Source of the DNA: an uncultured Gemmatimonadales bacterium
GTDB lineage: Bacteria > Gemmatimonadota > Gemmatimonadetes > Longimicrobiales > RSA9
Assembly (NCBI GenBank): GCA_963708135.1
Contig: OY970192.1
Location: 1,952,001 to 2,016,000, forward strand
Length of the DNA stretch: 64,000 bases
Direction of reading: 5' to 3'
In this document: in pieces, positions 45,575 to 54,653 of the stretch
How positions within the stretch are numbered: position 1 is the stretch's first letter
Layout: the number at the start of each line of letters is the position of its first letter
Notes under the pieces: model-generated
Databases searched by the model: none
Told to the model about the DNA's origin: nothing
The model's input: the letters and a program-made list of their open reading frames with translations, nothing else
Position numbers and translations under genes: made by a program

Positions 45575-45774
45575 GGCGGCCGGCGCGCTGGCGGGAGTAG
45601 TGCCTGACTTCTGGCGCCGGTCGGCGGACGCGCACCTCTTCCCGGCCACCTGGCGCGGGGACGGGCGCGAGGTCAGGCGGCTGATCGCGCGCTCAGCCGT
45701 CCTCCCGCCACGCGAGTGCTCCGTGCGGCGACGGCGTCACCGTCAGCACAAGCACGCTCGAGCTGGCCCGCCCG
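45535..45774 (+). repeat. Direct repeat copy 1 (~240 bp)
   Basis: Aligns without gaps to 46413-46652 with scattered substitutions. Confidence 0.9.
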
Positions 45775-45826
45775 CCGCGCGAGCGGGTATCTTCAAGGGG
45801 TCAACGTCCCCCGCAAAGGATCACCG

Positions 45827-46057
45827 ATGTCGAGCGATGAACTGGAAGCCGTGGCCTTGAGCTTGCCCGTGGAGCAGAGAGCGCGCCTGGCCCATAAGCT
45901 GATCGCGAGTATTGACGATGAGCCGGCCGGCCAGATCGAAGAGGCATGGATCCAGGAGGTTGATCGGCGCGCCGAAGAGGTGCTGAATCGCGAGGTCGAG
46001 ACTGTGCCGGGCGATGAGGTGTTCCGCAAAGCGTTTGCGAAGCGGCCAAGGAAGTGA
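45827..46057 (+). CDS. Addiction-module antitoxin (TIGR02574-like)
   Basis: ALSLPVEQRARLAHKLIASID..IEEAWIQEVDRR..ETVPGDEV; GTGA overlap with the toxin. Confidence 0.85.
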   Translation: MSSDELEAVALSLPVEQRARLAHKLIASIDDEPAGQIEEAWIQEVDRRAEEVLNREVETVPGDEVFRKAFAKRPRK

Positions 46058-46347
46058 AGCCTCCTCCGTTTCACTCCGAAGCGGAAGAAGAGATGAACGC
46101 CGAAGCCGATTATTACGACAGCAAGGCCGAGGGCCTGGGCTGGGATTTCTTGGTGGAAGTCCGCAGCGTGGCTATGGATGCCGCCAGGAACCCGGGCCGC
46201 GGGAGCCCGTACAGCCGGCACACGCGGCGGCGACCCCTCCGCCGATTTCCTCATTGGCTGGTCTATATCCCATCGCTACAAGGGATTACCATCGTTGCAG
46301 TCGCGCATCCCAGTCGCAAGCCCGGTTACTGGACGGATCGGCTCTGA
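46054..46347 (+). CDS. RelE/ParE family toxin
   Basis: FHSEAEEEM..AADYY-like start, GLGWDF, RRFPHWLVY, IVAVAHPSRKPGYW. Confidence 0.88.
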   Translation: MKPPPFHSEAEEEMNAEADYYDSKAEGLGWDFLVEVRSVAMDAARNPGRGSPYSRHTRRRPLRRFPHWLVYIPSLQGITIVAVAHPSRKPGYWTDRL

Positions 46348-46412
46348 CGAAAGCCGTGGCAGGCAGCGCCCGGGCGGCGAGAGCTGAAGGGTACTGGCGC
46401 TATGCTGCTCGC

Positions 46413-46652
46413 CGGCCCGCGGACGCTGAAGGCGGTGGTGTCGGCCAACTGAGGCGGCCGGCGCGCTGGCGGGACTAAGGCCTGACTCCTGGCGCCGGTC
46501 GGCGGACGCGCACCGCTGCCTGGCCACCTGGCGCGGGGACGGGCGCGAGGCCAGGCGGCTGATCGCGCGCTCAGCCGTCTTCCCGCCCCGCGAGTGCTCC
46601 GTGCGGCGACGGCGTCACCGTCAGCACCAGAACGGTCGAGCTGGCCAGCCCG
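46413..46652 (+). repeat. Direct repeat copy 2 (~240 bp)
   Basis: Offset 878 bp from copy 1; its right end encodes GLASSTVLVLTVTP on the minus strand, the C-terminal TM segment of the RND permease. Confidence 0.9.
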
Positions 46653-46698
46653 TGAGTTTGGGGTGAAAGCTGCACGGATGAGGCTCGCGACGCGGGCC

Positions 46699-46833
46699 TG
46701 CAGCCCTGACCGGAATAATCGTGGTCAGGGCTGCACGCATCAGCGCGTCCATCCAGCCGTGCTGTCCTGAGCCGAATCATTCTGGTCAGAGCGGCGGGCC
46801 CGAGCTGGGAAGCGCATGCGTGCAGCCCTGACC
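46699..46833. repeat. REP-like cluster of three TGCAGCCCTGACC units in alternating orientation
   Basis: 46699-46711 / 46723-46735 form a hairpin; 46723-46740 and 46816-46833 are perfect 18-bp inverted repeats. Confidence 0.75.
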
Positions 46834-46899
46834 CCAACGCGGACAGGTCGAGCGCGCCACTCCGCCCGCGGCGCCACTGTGGGATCCGCGCGTGTCGCC

Positions 46900-47035
46900 C
46901 GTCCAGCGCATCACCGTCGCCGCGTGAGCGGCCGTTTGCCGCATCCGTCGGAGACCATCGGCCCCGGGCTATTGAACAAGATCCTGCGCGATACCGGGTT
47001 CTCTCGGGACCGGCTCATCAGCGTGTTGTGGCTTC
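46900..47035 (+). pseudogene. HicA-like toxin C-terminal remnant
   Basis: Reads ..PHPSETIGPGLLNKILRDTGFSRDRL.., matching the HicA C-terminal pattern; no N-terminal GSH motif. Confidence 0.55.
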
Positions 47036-50000
47036 GCGGCCGCACGCCGCGGTGCGAGGAGGCAGTACAGCGCCGGCGTGACCGTGAGCACCAGCACGGT
47101 CGAGCTGGCCAGCCCGCCGATCAGCGCATAGCCCAGCGCGTTCCAGATGTTGGCATCGGCGTTGCCGCCCGACAGCACGAGGGGCAGCAGGCCGAAGATC
47201 GTCGTCGCCGTGGTCATGAGGATCGGCCGCGCGCGGTCGAGCGTGCCCTGCACCACCGCATCGCCCACGCGTACGCCGTCCTCGCGCACCAGGTGATTGA
47301 CGTGGTCCACGAGCAGGATCGCGTTGTTCACCACGATGCCTCCCATCATCACGACGCCCACCACCGCCTCGCGGGTGAAGCTCGCGCCGGTCAGGTAGAA
47401 GGTCAGGAAGACGCCGATGAGCGCCATCGGCACGGTCAGAAGCACCACGAACGGCTGGCGCAGCGACTCGAAGAGCGCGGCGGTCACCATGAAGACGAGC
47501 AGCAGCGAGACGAGCAGGACCCCGTACATCTGCCCCTGCTCCTGGTCGGACCACTGCCACGCCTGCCGGCCCGAGACGCTGTAGCCGGGCGGCAGGAGCG
47601 TGGTGGCGAGGACCGCGTCCTCGACCCGGTCGCCCAGCTTGGTCGGCCCCCGGAACTCGTAGCTCACGGTCCGCTCGTACTGCTGGTCCTCGCGCCGGAT
47701 GCTCGTCTGGATCGGCTGCTCATCGAGGGAGGCGACGTCCCCGAGGCGCACCGCCGGGCGGGGCGCACCCGCGCCGTCCGCGCCGCCCCCGCTGCCCGCC
47801 GCGCCGGCTCGGTCCGCCAGCCCGCCCGCGGCACCGCGGGTGGGTGGCTCCGCCGGCGCACGGTCGGTCGCACGCGGTCCGGAGGGGTTCGCCGCCTCTC
47901 GCCCGCCGACCGTGAGCAGCACGTCCATCAGGGTCTGCGTGTCCAGCGTCCGGGCACCGGCGCGCTTGACCGCGAGCCGGAGCTCGCGGCCGCCGACCTG
48001 AACGACGCCGCCGCCGGCGTCGCCTTCCGTGGCGGCGGCAACCTGCCGCACGACGTCGCGCGCCGTGAGCCCGTGCGTGGCGAGGCGGGGGCGGTCGAGC
48101 CGGAGCACCAGCTCGCTCGCGCGGTCGCTCTCGTACCACGCCCCGGCGGCGTTCGTGTCCACGTCGCCGATGCGCGTGAAGCGCTCGAGGCGCCGGCCCA
48201 GCGCCTCGGCGATCTCCCTGGTCTCGTCGAAGTTGTAGCCGCGCACCTGGATCGAGTACATCGGGGGGCTGCCGCCGCCGCCGTAGAAGGTCGGGCCGAA
48301 GCCGTAGACGTGCACCGTCGCGCCACCGAAGCGGTAGCTCTCGGCCACCAGCCGGTCCTTCAGCGCGAGCGGCACGGCCGTGTTCTCGAGCGAATCGGGG
48401 AACGTGACCCGGATGTCCGCGTAGCGGGCGCCGACGCGGGTGACGAACCGGGCGACCTGCGGCGCCCGCTCGAGCTCCGCCTCGAACCACCGTGCCAGCG
48501 CGTCCGTGTGCGCCAGCTCCTCGCCGCGCGGCATGAGGATCTGGATGTCGAGGTAGGTGCGCTCGCCTCCCCAGCTCCGCCACACCACGCCGCGCGTCAC
48601 GTCCTTCTGGAAGAGCCGGCCCGAGCCGGCGAGCAGCGCGAGCGCCAGCGTGATCGGTACCCAGGGCCTGCGCACCCCGAAACGAAGCGAGGCGACGTAG
48701 CCGCCGCGCAGCGCCCGGAGCGCTCGGCCACCGGCGCGGCGCAGAGCGCCGGGAGTGAGCGGGGCGGAGGCGTCGCCTGGCAAGGAATGCGAAGGGAGCG
48801 GGCCATCCCCGGGAACGCTTCCGGCCGGGCGCGGCTGCCCGAAGCGGCGCAGCAGCCGCGCGGCCATGGCGGGAATGAAGCTGAACGCCACCGCCGCGCT
48901 AGCCGCGAGGCTCAGCCCGACCACCGCGGCGAGGGGCACGTAGTAGGCGCGCAGGTCGCCCTGGAGATAGACGAAGGGGACGAGCACCACGACGGTCGTG
49001 AGCGTCGACGCCAGCACGGCCAGGACGACCTCCCGGCTGCCGCGCTCGGCGGCCGCCTCCGCCGCTTCGCCCAGCGATCTCCGCCGGTAGACGTTCTCGA
49101 GCACCACGATCGCGTTGTCGACCACCAGCCCGAAGCCCATGGCCAGCCCCATGAGCGTGAGCACGTTCAGGCTGAGGCCGCCGAGGTAGACCAGGTTGAG
49201 CGTGAGCAACGCCGAGAAGCCGATCGTCGCGAACGCGATTGCCGCCGACCGGAACGAGCGCAGGAAGGCGAGCAGCACCAGAAAGACCGCGAGCGCCGAA
49301 ACGAGGGCGCGCGTGCGCAGGTCGGTGAGCTGCGTGCGGATCGCCGCGCTCTCGTCCTGATCGAGGAGCAGCCGCGTGCCGGGCGGCAGCCCGCCGTGCG
49401 TCGCCGCGAGCCGTGCCTTCACGCGGTCCGCCACCGCGACCGCGTTGGTCCCCGGCTCGCGGTGTACCTCGAAGCTCACGGCCGGGAAGCCGTCGATCCG
49501 GTAATAGCTGTCCGCGTCCTCGTAGGTCTCGTGCACGCGGGCCAGGTCGCCGAGGCGGATCGCTACGCCGCCCCGCTCGACGAGCGGCGCGCGCAGCAGC
49601 GCCGGGACCGAGGCGACGCGGTCGCGCAACGTCACCGTGCGCACGCGGCCGCCCTCGTCCACCGCACCCGCCTCCCGCACCAGGTTGAGCCCGCGGACGC
49701 GGCGGGCGACCTCGTCCGGATCGAGCCCGAGCGCCTGCGCACGGCCCGGATCCAGCTCGATCTCGAGCAGGCGACGCCGGCCGCCGCGGACCTCGATCGC
49801 GCCGGCGCCCTCCACCTGCCTGAGCGCCGGCACGATCCTGTCCTCCGCATACGCGCGCAGCGCCTCCGGCGTGTACGGCCCCGTCACCGTGTAGACCAGG
49901 AACGGTTTGGCCTGCGCGCGCAGTGCCTCGGGGACGTACGGCTGGATGCGCGGCGGCGAGGCGCCCGCCGGCAGCTCGCGCGCGAGCGCCGCCAGCCGCT

Positions 50001-50334
50001 CGGAGAGCGCCAGGCGCGCGAACTTCATGTCCGTCCCGCGCGCGAACTGCACCTCGATCTGCGCCCGGCCGACGCCCGCCGGCGCGTCCGACACCGACGT
50101 GACCTTCGCCACGCCGCGCACCTCGTGGACGGCGGACTCGATCGGCGAGGTGACGAGCGCCTCCGTCGTGCGCGCGGAGGCGCCCGGCCAGAGGGCGGTC
50201 ACCGAAAGCTGCGGCAGCTCGGTATCCGGCAGCAGCTCGAGCGGGATGTTCCGCCACGCGGCGGCGCCGAGCACGCAGACGGCCAGGTAGGCCATCGCGA
50301 CCGTGACGGGGCGGCGGATCGAGAAGCGGATCAT
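46969..50334 (-). CDS. RND (AcrB-family) efflux permease, RND-A
   Basis: IRRPVTVAM, GLVVDNAIVVLENV, STLTTVVV, FESLRQP, RARPILMT, GGLASST. Confidence 0.93.
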   Translation of the reverse strand: MIRFSIRRPVTVAMAYLAVCVLGAAAWRNIPLELLPDTELPQLSVTALWPGASARTTEALVTSPIESAVHEVRGVAKVTSVSDAPAGVGRAQIEVQFARGTDMKFARLALSERLAALARELPAGASPPRIQPYVPEALRAQAKPFLVYTVTGPYTPEALRAYAEDRIVPALRQVEGAGAIEVRGGRRRLLEIELDPGRAQALGLDPDEVARRVRGLNLVREAGAVDEGGRVRTVTLRDRVASVPALLRAPLVERGGVAIRLGDLARVHETYEDADSYYRIDGFPAVSFEVHREPGTNAVAVADRVKARLAATHGGLPPGTRLLLDQDESAAIRTQLTDLRTRALVSALAVFLVLLAFLRSFRSAAIAFATIGFSALLTLNLVYLGGLSLNVLTLMGLAMGFGLVVDNAIVVLENVYRRRSLGEAAEAAAERGSREVVLAVLASTLTTVVVLVPFVYLQGDLRAYYVPLAAVVGLSLAASAAVAFSFIPAMAARLLRRFGQPRPAGSVPGDGPLPSHSLPGDASAPLTPGALRRAGGRALRALRGGYVASLRFGVRRPWVPITLALALLAGSGRLFQKDVTRGVVWRSWGGERTYLDIQILMPRGEELAHTDALARWFEAELERAPQVARFVTRVGARYADIRVTFPDSLENTAVPLALKDRLVAESYRFGGATVHVYGFGPTFYGGGGSPPMYSIQVRGYNFDETREIAEALGRRLERFTRIGDVDTNAAGAWYESDRASELVLRLDRPRLATHGLTARDVVRQVAAATEGDAGGGVVQVGGRELRLAVKRAGARTLDTQTLMDVLLTVGGREAANPSGPRATDRAPAEPPTRGAAGGLADRAGAAGSGGGADGAGAPRPAVRLGDVASLDEQPIQTSIRREDQQYERTVSYEFRGPTKLGDRVEDAVLATTLLPPGYSVSGRQAWQWSDQEQGQMYGVLLVSLLLVFMVTAALFESLRQPFVVLLTVPMALIGVFLTFYLTGASFTREAVVGVVMMGGIVVNNAILLVDHVNHLVREDGVRVGDAVVQGTLDRARPILMTTATTIFGLLPLVLSGGNADANIWNALGYALIGGLASSTVLVLTVTPALYCLLAPRRAAAKPQHADEPVPREPGIAQDLVQ

Positions 50335-50416
50335 GGGGCCAAGTGAGCCCCGGCGTACAAAGGTGCTATGGGTGCCGTCGGCCACGGCATCGCGCGGAGC
50401 ACCGAGTGGGCGTCGA

Positions 50417-51679
50417 TTAGCGCGGCCATTCCAGGCGGTAACGGCTGATCCGCTCGACGTCGAGGCTGTCGAAGGTGACCGCCCAGAGCGTGTCTCCCCG
50501 GATCACGACAGGCTGTTCGGTCGGGTACCCCGAGTAGCGGACTCCCTTCGGGAGCGCGACGCGTCCGAGCCAGCGGCCGTCGTGGGCAAAGACGTCGAAG
50601 GCGCCCTTCGAGGCAAGGTCCCAGGTGTGCTTCACGCCCGTGCGCGCCGCGACCTGGGGAGGCACCGTCGAAAGCACGCTTGGCTGGTTCGGCCAGACCC
50701 AGACGCGCCCGTCACCGGGGAATATGATTCGCGCGTAGGCCGGCCGCTCCTCGGGGAGATCGACCGGCACCTGGATCACCTTCTGTTCCAGGAACCGACG
50801 CTCAGCGCTCGAGGCGTGCACGGGAGTCCAGGCTCGACTGATCCTCAGGACACCCGGTGCCCAGCCCGATACGTCGAAGCTGTAGGTCCGCGGGCAACCG
50901 ACTGCCACGGCTCCCCTGGGGCTCATCGCCCACGTGACCTTGGGGACATAGGGCGCCCGTTGGTCCGGGTAGAACCCGACGCGCGCTCCGATCGTGTCGA
51001 GGGTCGGGCAGCCTACCTGAAAACGCGACTCAGCCCAGACGGTGTCCTCCAGCGCGCCGCTGGAATCGATGCGCGCGTAGATCGGCCGTGGAAACGTGAC
51101 CCGCAGATCGTCGTCCAGCGGGGGGACGAGTCCGACCCAGAGGGAACCGTCGCCATGGAAGGCGATGGTGGTCTCGCTGTAGGACAGCGGCATGCCTGCC
51201 GGCCTTGCGAAGCTGGTCACCCGACCCTGAGGATGGAAGATCTTCACCCGACTGTTGCCCAGGTCGTAGGCCGCCACGGATCCGTCCCGGCCGACCGACA
51301 TCCCGACGACGCCGTACACCTCCGCCGGACCCTGACCCAGGCGGGCGACAAGGCCTCCGTAGGTCCCATCGGCCCGGAAGCGCTGGATTCCCTCTTTCGG
51401 CTGGTACGTGTACACATCGCCGTTCGGACCCACGGCGAACGCGAGCACCTTGTAGAGGCTCGTCTCCGGCTCCCCTTCCACGGAGCCGTAGCTCCGGACG
51501 AGCTCGAGGCGCACCGTGCCCTCCGCCGCGGGACGGAGGTTGTGCACGGTGAGCGTGTCGCCGGCCCGGCGTCGCTCCACGCCGGATGAATTCGACCGTT
51601 CCGTACTCGAGCACGCGCCCGGCAGGCCGGCGCACATGAGGAAGACAACCAGGCCGCGGCCGACCCTGCGGCCCTTCAC
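50417..51679 (-). CDS. Six-bladed beta-propeller-like lipoprotein (cassette 1)
   Basis: Lipobox PGAC, GQGPAE motif, NHL-like repeats, C-terminal FDVF..DGRWLG and DSLDV. Confidence 0.78.
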   Translation of the reverse strand: MKGRRVGRGLVVFLMCAGLPGACSSTERSNSSGVERRRAGDTLTVHNLRPAAEGTVRLELVRSYGSVEGEPETSLYKVLAFAVGPNGDVYTYQPKEGIQRFRADGTYGGLVARLGQGPAEVYGVVGMSVGRDGSVAAYDLGNSRVKIFHPQGRVTSFARPAGMPLSYSETTIAFHGDGSLWVGLVPPLDDDLRVTFPRPIYARIDSSGALEDTVWAESRFQVGCPTLDTIGARVGFYPDQRAPYVPKVTWAMSPRGAVAVGCPRTYSFDVSGWAPGVLRISRAWTPVHASSAERRFLEQKVIQVPVDLPEERPAYARIIFPGDGRVWVWPNQPSVLSTVPPQVAARTGVKHTWDLASKGAFDVFAHDGRWLGRVALPKGVRYSGYPTEQPVVIRGDTLWAVTFDSLDVERISRYRLEWPR

Positions 51680-51769
51680 GCCGGGTCCTCGGAGCTACGC
51701 TTCCTCCGCCCGCGCCGGCCGACGGCCCTCTCGCCCGCCGCCTCCGAGATTGCGCGGCCGTGTGACCAC

Positions 51770-51840
51770 CCACCCGACGGGCACGCGGCCAGGTACACCA
51801 TCGGCGCGGCAACGGGGCGGCGGATCGACAAGCGGATCAT
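51770..51840 (-). pseudogene. Relic of the RND-A 5' end
   Basis: MIRLSIRRPVAAPMVYLAAC versus RND-A MIRFSIRRPVTVAMAYLAVC; nucleotide match to ~50280-50334. Confidence 0.8.
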
Positions 51841-51903
51841 GACTTCGAAGGAGTCTGGTCCGGCGCCCGCGACAGAAGCACAGTTTTCCACGGGGCCATC
51901 CCA

Positions 51904-53094
51904 CTACTGCTTCAGGATCCGGTATCCGACGACGGAGGGCACATCGAATTCGTCCTTGCTCACGCCCCAGAGCATCCCGGCGCCCGCCGCGTAGGGGACG
52001 AAGCCATGCGGCCCGTGGAGGGTAGCCATCGGCCGGCCGGTCCGCCCATCGAGGACCGTCAGGTCGTCGGTCCCGTAGGACGCGGCCGGCCGGGCAAGCC
52101 AGACGTCTCCGTTGGTGCCCACGAATACGCGATCGATCGGGGGCATGTACCTGGGGAGGTGGAGCGAGTCCCGGGCAAGGCGCATCGCCTCGTCCGACCT
52201 GGTACGCAGCAACAGGAATATCCGGGCCATGCGCTCTCGGACGCTGTCGGCGACGCGCTGGCCGATGGGCAGAGGCCGGTAATCGAGTGCTTCGTGGAAG
52301 ATCGTGTCCGCAGTGGGCCGGATACTCGTGACGTCGAATCGAGCAGCCCCTGCCGCCGTGGGTAGCCGCCGGGTTACCACCACGACCGCGCCGCCGCCCG
52401 GGGCGACCGCCACCACGTCGTCGCTTCGGAACGGATAAGGGAAGTTGATGATCGAATGACCGGTCCGGATGATGCCGTATGCGTGCTCGTTGCTCACCGA
52501 ACCGAGGCGGCCGATCTCGCCGCCCGCCGAATCCAGGAGCAGAAGCGGCAGGGCCGGTGACGAGCGCCTTCCCGTCGACGGGATCCCCAGGAAGCTTCCC
52601 CCGGCAAGCATTGCGGCGGGGGGCGTGGGCCGGGAAGAGAGCGGGAGCATCGGGCCGCGAACCGTAACATCTCGCAGCAACCGACCAGCGCTCGACCAGA
52701 GGGAAACGCGATACCTCGGCCGGTCTATAGTGACCAGCGTATCGCCGAGCCAACCGAGTGCGCGGAGCCCGCCGAATTCTCCCGGGCCGGCGCCACGACG
52801 GCCGAAGGAGCGCAGAAAACGGCCGCGCGCATCGAAGACCGCTACCGTCTGATCGAGGCGATCCGCCACGAACACGTCGCCCCGGCGCGAGACCGTGAGG
52901 TCGGCGATATCGCTCAGCACGAAGCTCGAGCCGCCATCGCCCGGGATTACGACGGCACGGTCGAGCCGCCATGTGGTGCCCTGGCCGTCAAGGGAGACTG
53001 CGGCAAAGGCTACGCCGATAGCAACCACAATCATCCCGACTGCGAGCCTCGCCGGCGCCTCCGCGAAAGGTCGGTACTTTATGGCTGTTGGCAC
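51904..53094 (-). CDS. Six-bladed beta-propeller-like secreted protein (cassette 2)
   Basis: Hydrophobic signal, VFDARGRFLRSFGRRGAGPGEF, PPID..GDVWL, C-terminal DEFDVP. Confidence 0.8.
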   Translation of the reverse strand: MPTAIKYRPFAEAPARLAVGMIVVAIGVAFAAVSLDGQGTTWRLDRAVVIPGDGGSSFVLSDIADLTVSRRGDVFVADRLDQTVAVFDARGRFLRSFGRRGAGPGEFGGLRALGWLGDTLVTIDRPRYRVSLWSSAGRLLRDVTVRGPMLPLSSRPTPPAAMLAGGSFLGIPSTGRRSSPALPLLLLDSAGGEIGRLGSVSNEHAYGIIRTGHSIINFPYPFRSDDVVAVAPGGGAVVVVTRRLPTAAGAARFDVTSIRPTADTIFHEALDYRPLPIGQRVADSVRERMARIFLLLRTRSDEAMRLARDSLHLPRYMPPIDRVFVGTNGDVWLARPAASYGTDDLTVLDGRTGRPMATLHGPHGFVPYAAGAGMLWGVSKDEFDVPSVVGYRILKQ

Positions 53095-53270
53095 TGATTG
53101 CCCTCCCGCCGCGTCACATTAGGTGGATCGCCTTGATCCGATCTGTGGCATTAGCAAATGCGGCACCACGACAGGAGCGCGGGCCGCGTGCGAGCCGGAG
53201 ATTACCTGGGAACCAGAACGGCCTCGACCGCGGGCGCGCCCAGAGGGCTTGGCCGCTCGAGTAACGCGGC

Positions 53271-53438
53271 GGCGCGGCCAGGCCGCAGCCGCACGTCGAG
53301 GACGGCCGTGTTCAGCCCGCTCGTCTCGTCGCTGCCGGCCACGGCGGCCTGGCGGCGGATGCGGACGAGGACCGAGGCGACGTCGCCGTCGCGCCGCAGC
53401 GCCGCCTCGACCCGCGCGGCCTTCTCCGACGTCGCCTC
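53271..53438 (-). repeat. 168-bp copy of an internal segment of RND-B (59584-59751)
   Basis: Ungapped match with 3 mismatches counted by eye. Confidence 0.92.
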
Positions 53439-53459
53439 CATGGTGGAGCCGCGGATCTA

Positions 53460-53715
53460 GTGAATCCTTTGCGACCGCGAATGCGTGACCCATGGCTGCG
53501 GCCATCACCCGAGCACCGAGAGGCACCGCGACAATCGCCTTTACCCTGCCACTGCGGCCGATCACGTTCCAAAGGCTGCGGCCGCGCACAACCTGCTCGC
53601 GTTGCAGCCAGATGGCGCCGTCATTGGCCCCGAAGCCGGCCGTCACCGGAGGGAGATGCTTCGGCAGGAACAGCGCCTCTCGGACCCGTTTCTCAGCCGC
53701 GCCGCGCGCCGTAAT
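53460..53715 (-). pseudogene. C-terminal fragment of another beta-propeller protein
   Basis: VREALFLPKHLPPV..DGAIWLQRE..WNVI..GRV..AKDSLD, resembling the C-terminus of cassette 2. Confidence 0.7.
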
Positions 53716-53737
53716 GGCCGGCCCGCGTGCATGCAGT

Positions 53738-54265
53738 CTAACTCCCCCGCCGCGATCCCCGCGGATTGTTGAGTTCCACGTTGTGCATCTCATCGTCCGC
53801 ACTGAACCCGTCGCCGGTGAGCCACGTTCCGTTCTGCTGGATCCTCGTCTTAACCGTGCTCCCCACACAATGCGCGCTCGGACAAAAGTAGAGGTTTTCC
53901 GTCTCGATCCGGCGGTTCCCCTCCCGGGTGACGAGTACGACGCTGCCGCGTGCCAGCACGGTCTCCGTTCGCTCATTCAGGGTCCCGGACCGGGAAGTCA
54001 GAGCCGCGGTTTCTCGACCGTCGGCGCCGAAGATCGTGACGCGCACCCCCCAAAGCTCGTCCCGCGCCGAGTCTCTGAAAGCGTAGGCGCTGTCCGCGGT
54101 GAGCACGCCCCGCCGGATCCCGCCCGGTGTGATATTGTGCTGCACACCAAACATCACCCAGTCGGCCGCCGACCCGCGCTCTCGGGCAGCAGCTGTCGGT
54201 TCGTGCGCCACCCCGCTGCACGCTGGCGCGATCAGGATTAAGCTGATCCGCGCGAGTCTCTTCAT
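53738..54265 (-). CDS. LptC-like lipoprotein
   Basis: Lipobox APAC; G.RRGVLTADSA, LTSRSG, ARGSVVL, IETENL, LTGDGF.AD jellyroll-like pattern. Confidence 0.65.
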   Translation of the reverse strand: MKRLARISLILIAPACSGVAHEPTAAARERGSAADWVMFGVQHNITPGGIRRGVLTADSAYAFRDSARDELWGVRVTIFGADGRETAALTSRSGTLNERTETVLARGSVVLVTREGNRRIETENLYFCPSAHCVGSTVKTRIQQNGTWLTGDGFSADDEMHNVELNNPRGSRRGS

Positions 54266-54489
54266 TCTCTGCCCTCTTCCGGGCTCCACGGGTTACGGAG
54301 CTACGGGAACTCAGGTACCACCGTCATCCCAAGCCCTCTCGCCGGATCCGCTTGAGGTCCAGCCTGCCGGCGATGAGCGGTCACAGCATGTACTCGCGAA
54401 ATACGTCGGGCTCTCCAGCCGGTTACCCCGAGCCGGATCTCCTTCGATTGCGCTACGCCATGAAGCCGACAGCCGCGGCGGAATCGAGG

Positions 54490-54653
54490 CTGCACAGGGC
54501 CAGCCAGCGCTGGCGGCGCCTCGATGGGGCTCAACTTTCCCCCCTCGTCCGGGCGGGAGTGCGGTTCGTCAACGGCGTCAGCCAGCAGCGAGAAGAGCTG
54601 CGGACGCGGGCCGCCTGATCAACCCCAGATCCTACAACGTTTGAGAATACCTC
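54490..54653 (+). mobile_element. IS256-family transposase 3' remnant with right end
   Basis: ..ASQRWRRLDGAQLSPLVRAGVRFVNG..AA* followed by cctacaacgtttgagaatacctc, resembling IS256 termini. Confidence 0.6.

Noticed and set aside
45535..46652. Possible CRISPR array or integron cassette
   Set aside because: Only two long repeats, no repeat-spacer periodicity, no attC core sites, and no cas or integrase gene in the window.
47750..47900. Gly/Ala/Pro-rich insert in RND-A (similar insert in MeaB near 21080-21290)
   Set aside because: In-frame low-complexity loops, common in high-GC genomes, with no intein or mobile-element signatures.
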